This document shows, piece after piece, positions 57,946 through 64,000 of a stretch of 64,000 bases of DNA. A program made the position numbers and the translations under genes. Source of the stretch: Acidimicrobiia bacterium (GTDB lineage: Bacteria > Actinomycetota > Acidimicrobiia > Spongiisociales > ZC4RG35); the NCBI GenBank assembly GCA_965215185.1, contig OZ244034.1, positions 2,368,001-2,432,000 on the forward strand. The letters run 5' to 3'. The notes under the pieces are model-generated. The model ran no database searches and was not told where the DNA came from. It saw only the letters and a list, made by a program, of their open reading frames with translations. Positions within the stretch are counted from its first letter, which is position 1. Each line of letters starts with the position of its first letter.

Positions 57946-60180
57946 CTACCCAACGGATCGCAAACCGGTCGACACTTGGCCGGGAGTGAGGGGAAGTTCG
58001 TCGAACCACACACCCACCGCGTCGAACAAGGCGGCGGAAACGGCCGGGGCCAAGGGAATGAAAGGCATCTCGGCCATTCCCCGCACCCCCCATGGGCCTC
58101 TCGGATCGGGAATCTCCATTATCACGCTCTCCACTCGATCAGGTATGTCCCCGATGCCCGGAATCAGATAGGTGCTGAGGTGGGGATTGAGGATCTTTCC
58201 CTGCTCGGTTACCAGCCGCTCGGTGACCGCGTAGCCGTGGGCCTGGACCACTGCTCCCTCGATCTGTCCTCTCACCAACCCCGGATTGATGGCCTTTCCC
58301 ACATCCACCGCACAGACCACTGTCTCCACCTTCAGGTGCCCGGTGTCCAGATCGACCGTCAACTCCACTGCTTCGGCCATCCAGCCATAGGCGAAGTTAA
58401 TGTCCCCCCCTCCGGTATGAGGATCGAAGGCTTCGGTGGGCGGGGGCACGAACCGGAACTTGCCCAGCGCGGGACGATCGCCCTCCAGCCACCGTTTCTG
58501 AGCCTCCTCGGTGGCCCCCAGGATGGAGTTGCCTGCCATCCAGGTCAGCCGGGAAGCGGAAGCCGATCCCGAATCGCCGGTATGGGCAGTGTCCGAGTAA
58601 TGAGTCTCAACCATCTCCACATCCACCCCGGCCGCCTCGGCAGCCATCTGAGCAAAGGCGGTGTGAGCGCCCTGCCCCACCTCTGCTCCACCGTGATAGA
58701 GCACCACTCGCTCCACTTCCTTGTCCCCCCACAACTCGATAGCCGCTTCGCATCGCTCCGGGAAGCCGAACGAAAAGCCGACGTTCTTCATTCCGCAGGC
58801 AAATCCCCGTCCCCGGCGCTGACGGGAAGGATCGGCGGGAAGGGAACGGAACACCGGGAAATGGGATGGCCTGGGCTTTTGGGGATCCTTCCACCCCGCC
58901 CGATCAGCGCACGCCTCAATCACCTCGGGAATACTCACCACCGATGGAAGCACCGTTCCCGAAGCGCCCACATCACCTTCCCGGTAACAGTTGAGCAGCC
59001 GGATGTCCACTGGATCCATGCCCAACTTGACAGCCAATCGGTTCATCTGCCCCTCGGCGGCCATCGCCCCCTGCGGCGCTCCGAATCCGCGGAATGCCCC
59101 GCCAGGAACCGAGTGTGTATAGACCGCCCGGGAGTCAATCCACAGGTTGGGAACCCGATATGGACCCAGTGTGCACAGGTGCATGTTCCCCAGCACTTTT
59201 TCGGAGGTGTAGTTATAAGCCCCGGCGTCCAACCACCCCTCGGCCTCCACGGCGGTCAACCGGCCTTCTCGCGTAGCCCCCCAGCGGGCGTGGATAACAG
59301 CTCGGTGCCGCTTGTGGTGACCGACGATGCTCTCCTCCCGCGACCACACGGTCCTGACCGGCCGGTGGATCCCCCTTCGGGCCAGCTTCCGCACCGCCAG
59401 AGCCAACACGATTTGAAGCGACATGTCCTCGCGGCCACCGAACGCTCCACCGATGGCCGGGTAAATGACCCTGATCCGCTCTGGTGGCAGATCCAGGGCA
59501 TGGGCGATCTGCTCCTGATCCTCGTGGGTCCACTGCCCGGCAATCTTCACAGTGATGCGGTTCTGGGAATCGAGATAGGCCAAGGCTGCCTCTGGCTGCA
59601 GATAGGCGTGCTCCTGGAGAGGAAGCACATACGTGCCGCTCACCTCCACCTCCGCGTCCCGCCATCCCTGCCCCATATCCCCCACCCGAAACTTGAAATG
59701 CTTGTAGGTGTTGGTGCCCAGCCCGTTCTCGGGATGTACCAGCACCGAGTCGGTTCGAGCAGTCTCCAGATCAGGGACCAAGGGAAGGTCCTCCCATTCA
59801 ACCCTAAGGCGCTTGGCCCCTTCCTCGGCCTCTTGGCGGGTCTCTGCCACCACCACCGCGATTTGATCTCCTTCCCAACGGCTTATCTGCGAAGGGACCG
59901 CGCTTACACCCGTTGCTCCTAGTCCCACCAGCACCGGTTGATCGAAACGGGTAAGCCCGTATTCGTTGACAGGCACATCCGAGGCGGTCACCACCTCCAC
60001 CACTCCCGGCGCGGTCAGCGCGTCGGAGAAATCCATGGCCAGCATCCGGGCATGGGGTCGCCCGCTGAACACCACCTTGGCGTACAGAGCATCGGGGCGG
60101 TGCAGGTCCGCCGGATAGAGCGCCTCACCGGTGGTCTTGGCGAGGGCGTCGCGGCGCGGCGTCGACTGTCCGACACTCAC
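57946..60180 (-). CDS. xanthine dehydrogenase family molybdopterin-binding subunit
   Basis: Motifs QEHAYLQPE, GGAFGG, GAFRGFG.PQ, EVGQG, GQIEG and GMAEMP. Confidence 0.93.
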   Translation of the reverse strand: MSVGQSTPRRDALAKTTGEALYPADLHRPDALYAKVVFSGRPHARMLAMDFSDALTAPGVVEVVTASDVPVNEYGLTRFDQPVLVGLGATGVSAVPSQISRWEGDQIAVVVAETRQEAEEGAKRLRVEWEDLPLVPDLETARTDSVLVHPENGLGTNTYKHFKFRVGDMGQGWRDAEVEVSGTYVLPLQEHAYLQPEAALAYLDSQNRITVKIAGQWTHEDQEQIAHALDLPPERIRVIYPAIGGAFGGREDMSLQIVLALAVRKLARRGIHRPVRTVWSREESIVGHHKRHRAVIHARWGATREGRLTAVEAEGWLDAGAYNYTSEKVLGNMHLCTLGPYRVPNLWIDSRAVYTHSVPGGAFRGFGAPQGAMAAEGQMNRLAVKLGMDPVDIRLLNCYREGDVGASGTVLPSVVSIPEVIEACADRAGWKDPQKPRPSHFPVFRSLPADPSRQRRGRGFACGMKNVGFSFGFPERCEAAIELWGDKEVERVVLYHGGAEVGQGAHTAFAQMAAEAAGVDVEMVETHYSDTAHTGDSGSASASRLTWMAGNSILGATEEAQKRWLEGDRPALGKFRFVPPPTEAFDPHTGGGDINFAYGWMAEAVELTVDLDTGHLKVETVVCAVDVGKAINPGLVRGQIEGAVVQAHGYAVTERLVTEQGKILNPHLSTYLIPGIGDIPDRVESVIMEIPDPRGPWGVRGMAEMPFIPLAPAVSAALFDAVGVWFDELPLTPGQVSTGLRSVG

Positions 60181-61640
60181 AGTGACGCTCCACGGGCTCC
60201 GGCGGCCGCTTCGGAGACGGCATCAATAATCGGGTAGTAACCGGTGCAGCGACACAAGTTGCCGCTCAGAGCGGTTCGGATCTCCTCGGTGGTGGGATCG
60301 GGAATCTTCTCCAATAGCTTGGTGGCCGACATCAAAAAGCCTGGCGTGCAATAGCCGCATTGGACGGACCCGGTCCGACAAAAGGCGGCTTGAACCGGGC
60401 TGAGGCCACCATTGGCCAGTCCCTCCACGGTGACGATCTGCGCCCGGTGGGCGCGGGGAGCAGGTGTCAGGCAGGAGAGGGCCGCCTCGGAGTCCAAAAA
60501 GACCAGGCATGCCCCGCACTCTCCCTCCGCGCAACCCTCCTTGGTCCCGGTCAAGGGTGTCCCAGACGTCGGGCCGGCCACATCCCGCAACCAATCCAAG
60601 AGCGTCAAGTCGGCGCCGGTTCGGGTGGTTACCGGTGAACCATTGATCACCGTCTCGATGGCGTCGCCCTCCCGGTGGGAGTGCGCCTCGGCCAGAGTCG
60701 GCTGGCCGGAGGATCCGAAATGGACCGGACGAGAGGGAATCGTCCGCCGTTGGTCGCCATTGCGCAGGGCGGTGAGAGCCCGCCGGACCATCACTTCGGT
60801 CATCCACCGCCGGTATTCAGCCGTGCCCCGCAGGTCGTCGATGGGATTGATCCCTTCGCCGGCCGCCCGCGCCGCCTCCATGATGGCGACATCGTCCAGC
60901 TTCCGGCCCAACAACGCTTCCTCAGCCCCGGACGAGCGGACGATCACCGGCGCCACGCTTCCCAGGGCGATGCGAGCCCCGGTGGTAACGCCCTGCCCGT
61001 CTCTCTCGATCACCAACGCCACATGCACCACCGAGATGGCCTGCGCCATCCGCAGTCCCAGCTTGACAAATACCCCCGATTGGCCTCCGGTCAGCCCTCG
61101 AAAGCTCACCCCGGTCACCATCTCGGCCGAGGCCAAGGTGGTGCGTCTGAATCCGGCGTAGAAGTCGGCCAGCGCCTCCTGTCGCTCTCCACCCGCCGAC
61201 CGGATGGTCAGCCAGGCGTCCAAGGCGGCAAGAGCGGAGATGGTGTCATTGGCCGGGCTGGCGGTGACCAGGTTTCCCACCACCGTGGCCCGGGCCTGAA
61301 GGGGCGGAGCCCCCACCTCCAATGATGCCTGCGCCAGGGGAAGAGCCCGGTTCCAGAGCATGTCGGAAGCGACCACGTCGGAGTGGGTCACCAACGGTCC
61401 CAGGTGAATGATCCCTGCTGAGTCCTGTTCGATGCCATCCAGGCCCTTCACGCGGGAGATGTCCACCAGCATCTCCACCCCCGGACGCGCGCCACGGCGT
61501 ATCTCCAACACCAGATCGGTTCCTCCCGCAATCAGTCGGGCCTGCTCTCGATGGTCGGCCAGAAGCGCCAGCGCCTCCTCAACCGTGGAGGGCGACTCGT
61601 AACGGTCGGTCAGGTCGGCTCGATGCTGAACCTCGTGCAA
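60177..61640 (-). CDS. fused FAD-binding + [2Fe-2S] subunit of xanthine dehydrogenase family
   Basis: IAGGTDL, AT..GNL..ASPA.D, GTKEGCAEGECGAC, QCGYCTPG and GNLCRCTGY. Confidence 0.93.
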   Translation of the reverse strand: MHEVQHRADLTDRYESPSTVEEALALLADHREQARLIAGGTDLVLEIRRGARPGVEMLVDISRVKGLDGIEQDSAGIIHLGPLVTHSDVVASDMLWNRALPLAQASLEVGAPPLQARATVVGNLVTASPANDTISALAALDAWLTIRSAGGERQEALADFYAGFRRTTLASAEMVTGVSFRGLTGGQSGVFVKLGLRMAQAISVVHVALVIERDGQGVTTGARIALGSVAPVIVRSSGAEEALLGRKLDDVAIMEAARAAGEGINPIDDLRGTAEYRRWMTEVMVRRALTALRNGDQRRTIPSRPVHFGSSGQPTLAEAHSHREGDAIETVINGSPVTTRTGADLTLLDWLRDVAGPTSGTPLTGTKEGCAEGECGACLVFLDSEAALSCLTPAPRAHRAQIVTVEGLANGGLSPVQAAFCRTGSVQCGYCTPGFLMSATKLLEKIPDPTTEEIRTALSGNLCRCTGYYPIIDAVSEAAAGARGASL

Positions 61641-61645
61641 AGTAG

Positions 61646-62239
61646 TTATCCCTCCGTCATGGAACTGTTGTAGACGAGACCCCCACCCTCCACATAGTCC
61701 CGGAGCACGGCGACCGCCTCTGCCCGCAGCACATCTTCGACAACCTCGATTCCCCGCCGCTGCAAGCCTTCCACCCAGTCCGATGGTCGATTTCCCTCGT
61801 CGAATCCCACTGAGCGGGCATCTTCCTCACGGGCGGCGATCAGCACCCTGGAGACGCCCGACCAGGGGACCGCCCCCAGGCACATCGCGCAGGGAGCGCA
61901 ACTGGTGACCAGTTCAGTGGGTCCCCCGGCGCCCGCGGTCAGGTCGAAGTTCCTCACCCGCTGTCCGGCCAGACAGATCGCCACCACCTCGGCATGAGCG
62001 GCGGCAGAGGAGGTAGGCACCACCAGGTTGACCCCCAGCGCCAGGGGACGGAAGGTGGAAAGATCGAACACCGCCGACCCGAACGGGCCCCCCGTTGCTT
62101 CCAGCACGTTTCGGCGGGAAAGCTCCACCGCCAAACCCATCCGTGCCGCCGGGGTGGGGAAAGACTGTCCCGGCTTCACCAGTTCATGCGCCCAAAGGGG
62201 CAGATCCCAACGCATGCTGACGGGGAGAGACAAGAACAT
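61646..62239 (-). CDS. cytidine-deaminase-superfamily nucleobase deaminase (guanine deaminase-like)
   Basis: GGPFG, HAE, PCAMC, W-SG, GFDEG, C-terminal VYN. Confidence 0.85.
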   Translation of the reverse strand: MFLSLPVSMRWDLPLWAHELVKPGQSFPTPAARMGLAVELSRRNVLEATGGPFGSAVFDLSTFRPLALGVNLVVPTSSAAAHAEVVAICLAGQRVRNFDLTAGAGGPTELVTSCAPCAMCLGAVPWSGVSRVLIAAREEDARSVGFDEGNRPSDWVEGLQRRGIEVVEDVLRAEAVAVLRDYVEGGGLVYNSSMTEG

Positions 62240-62247
62240 GGTGGACC

Positions 62248-62817
62248 CTATTTCTCCCCTCCCCCAGCCGCATATTCCCGAAGCACCCCCACCGCCTCGG
62301 CTCTAAGGACATCCTCTGTAACCGCGATCCCCTGCCGCCTCAACCCTTCCACCCAGTCGGCAGGCCGGCTACTGGTGCCCAATCCCAACGACCGGGTGTC
62401 CTCTTCGCGGGCGGCGATCACCAGGCTGGACACCCCCGACCCCAGTATCGCACCTTGGCACATCATGCAAGGGGCGCAGCTGGTGACCAACTCGATCGGA
62501 TCCCCACTCCCCACCCCCACGTCGTAGTTCCCCACCGCTATACCGGCCAGACAGAGAGCCACGACCTCGGCATGGGCGGCGACGGTGGCGCTCGGCACCA
62601 CCACATTGACTCCCAGCGCCACCAGACGGAAGGTGGAAAGGTCGAACACCGCCGCCCCGAACGGCCCCCCCGTAGCTTCGAGGAGATTTCGGCGGGAGAG
62701 CTCTACAGCCAGCGCCATCCGCTCCGTTACGGTGGGATAACGCTGTCCCGGCGCCACCAGACCGTGCGCCCAGGAAGGCATCTCCCAACGGAGCGCCAGG
62801 GGAACAGCCGGGTCCAT
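62248..62817 (-). CDS. divergent tandem paralogue of the nucleobase deaminase
   Basis: HAE and PCMMC retained; GFDEG and C-terminal YN absent. Confidence 0.8.
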   Translation of the reverse strand: MDPAVPLALRWEMPSWAHGLVAPGQRYPTVTERMALAVELSRRNLLEATGGPFGAAVFDLSTFRLVALGVNVVVPSATVAAHAEVVALCLAGIAVGNYDVGVGSGDPIELVTSCAPCMMCQGAILGSGVSSLVIAAREEDTRSLGLGTSSRPADWVEGLRRQGIAVTEDVLRAEAVGVLREYAAGGGEK

Positions 62818-62820
62818 CTC

Positions 62821-64000
62821 TTAATACCCGGCCGCCATTTGGTTGAACTCGTCAATCAGCGGATCGATCCTTTCCCCGGCGCGGCGGATCCTCTCCCAGT
62901 ACTCGTCGTTGTACCACTGGTCCTCCAGTTCGGAGGCGGACTTGCCTTGCTGCTCCACCCAGGTGAAGTACTTGAGGCTGTGGATGCGTCGCCGCTCGGG
63001 GTAATCCAGCTCCGCCATGTGATCGGTGGAGGCGCCCAGAAGGTAACGGTGATAGAGTCCTGCCGCGTCGGCGGCGCTTAACTCCCCATGATCTTCGGTT
63101 AGTTCCACCAGGCGACTGCGGTAGAGATCCATGGAGTCCGTGAGGATGGTGAACACCAGGTCCCTTCGGCCCAACTCGTACCACTTGGCCATCTTGATGG
63201 CCGACAGCAAATTGGCCACCCCCGATATCCCCAGCAGGTCAAGGCTCTCAATGACTTGAGAGGACACTCCCTGACCGGTCAAATATTCCCGGCCGGCCGG
63301 TTCGTTGAAAAGGCGGATCAGTCCCAAGGGGGCGGCGTCATCGATGGCCACCACCATGTCGGTGTTGCGCACATTATGTATCCAGGGAATGTGCTTGTCT
63401 CCGATCCCTTCTATGCGGTGCTCCCCGAAGCCCCCGTGGAGCATGGTGGGGCATTGCAACGCCTCCCCGGCCACGATCCGGCTGCCGGGATACTGCTCCT
63501 TCAAATAGTCACCTGAAGCCAACGTCCCCGAAGAACCGGTGGTGAGGGCAATTCCTGCCAGGCGGTCGCCCGGACCCATGAGTTGCTCCGCCAAATCGCC
63601 GAAGGCCGGACCTGTCACCGAGTAGTGCCACAGGTAGTTTCCGAACTCATCGAATTGGTTGAAGATCACAATATCCCTGCCCGAGCGGCGCAACTCCCAG
63701 CATTTGTCGAAGATCTCTTTGACGTTGCTCTCCGAACCGGGGGTGGCGATGACCTCGTCGGCCACGCTGTCCAGCCATACAAACCGTTCCCTGCTCATCC
63801 CCTCGGGGAGAATTGCGATGGAGCGACAAGACAGGATACGGGAGTCGTATGCCCCCCCACGGCAGTAGTTACCCGTTGATGGCCAAGCCGCCAGTTGGCG
63901 GGTCGGATCGAACTGACCGGTGACCAGGCGCGGCGCCAGACAGCCGAATGCTGCGCCAACCTTGTGAGCGCCGGTTGGGAACCACTTACCTACTATTGCC
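62821..64000 (-). CDS. PLP-dependent (fold-type II) enzyme, 5' end beyond the window
   Basis: The frame of ORF 62821..63798 stays open to the edge: GKWFPTGAHKVGAAFGCL..WPSTGNYCRGG; also TGSSGT and HRIEGIGDK. Confidence 0.85.
   Translation of the reverse strand, partial: AIVGKWFPTGAHKVGAAFGCLAPRLVTGQFDPTRQLAAWPSTGNYCRGGAYDSRILSCRSIAILPEGMSRERFVWLDSVADEVIATPGSESNVKEIFDKCWELRRSGRDIVIFNQFDEFGNYLWHYSVTGPAFGDLAEQLMGPGDRLAGIALTTGSSGTLASGDYLKEQYPGSRIVAGEALQCPTMLHGGFGEHRIEGIGDKHIPWIHNVRNTDMVVAIDDAAPLGLIRLFNEPAGREYLTGQGVSSQVIESLDLLGISGVANLLSAIKMAKWYELGRRDLVFTILTDSMDLYRSRLVELTEDHGELSAADAAGLYHRYLLGASTDHMAELDYPERRRIHSLKYFTWVEQQGKSASELEDQWYNDEYWERIRRAGERIDPLIDEFNQMAAGY

Noticed and set aside
55903-59922. 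Very long plus-strand ORFs 55903..57888 and 57976..59922
   Set aside because: Antisense shadows of the well-supported SBP and XDH genes in high-GC DNA; no recognisable motifs.

Overview
High-GC actinobacterial chromosome segment. The SLH-domain and TolB/PD40-repeat surface proteins and dnaK-grpE-dnaJ-hspR suggest Acidimicrobiia, possibly a marine or sponge-associated lineage (inference). From left to right: (1) a catabolic block with an acyl-CoA ligase, a split B12-dependent acyl-CoA mutase with a heavily remodelled substrate pocket, an EamA transporter, hydantoinase/oxoprolinase A+B and an oxidoreductase; (2) tRNA-Gly(CCC), an SLH-anchored M16 peptidase, dcd, a Prim-Pol gene and an ECF sigma/ogt pair; (3) a PD40-Ig-CAP secreted protein and a thioredoxin-like gene followed by a UGSC selenoprotein that the ORF track splits at an in-frame TGA with a SECIS-like hairpin; (4) housekeeping genes including msrB and the dnaK operon; (5) an IS110 element inside a decaying tandem pair of SLH-PD40 genes, with exact ends, a circle-junction promoter and four candidate bridge-RNA guides readable from the sequence; (6) central metabolism (glpX, thiolase, mce, murJ, ask-asd); (7) an IS607 (tnpA-tnpB, omegaRNA) inserted into the asd terminator stem; (8) four tandem 840-nt alpha/beta-hydrolase paralogues with mosaic identity; (9) a NitT/TauT ABC transporter and a purine-catabolism cluster (xanthine dehydrogenase-like, two tandem deaminases, a PLP enzyme). 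No CRISPR array, rRNA or reverse transcriptase was seen. All family calls come from motif recognition by eye, not database searches.
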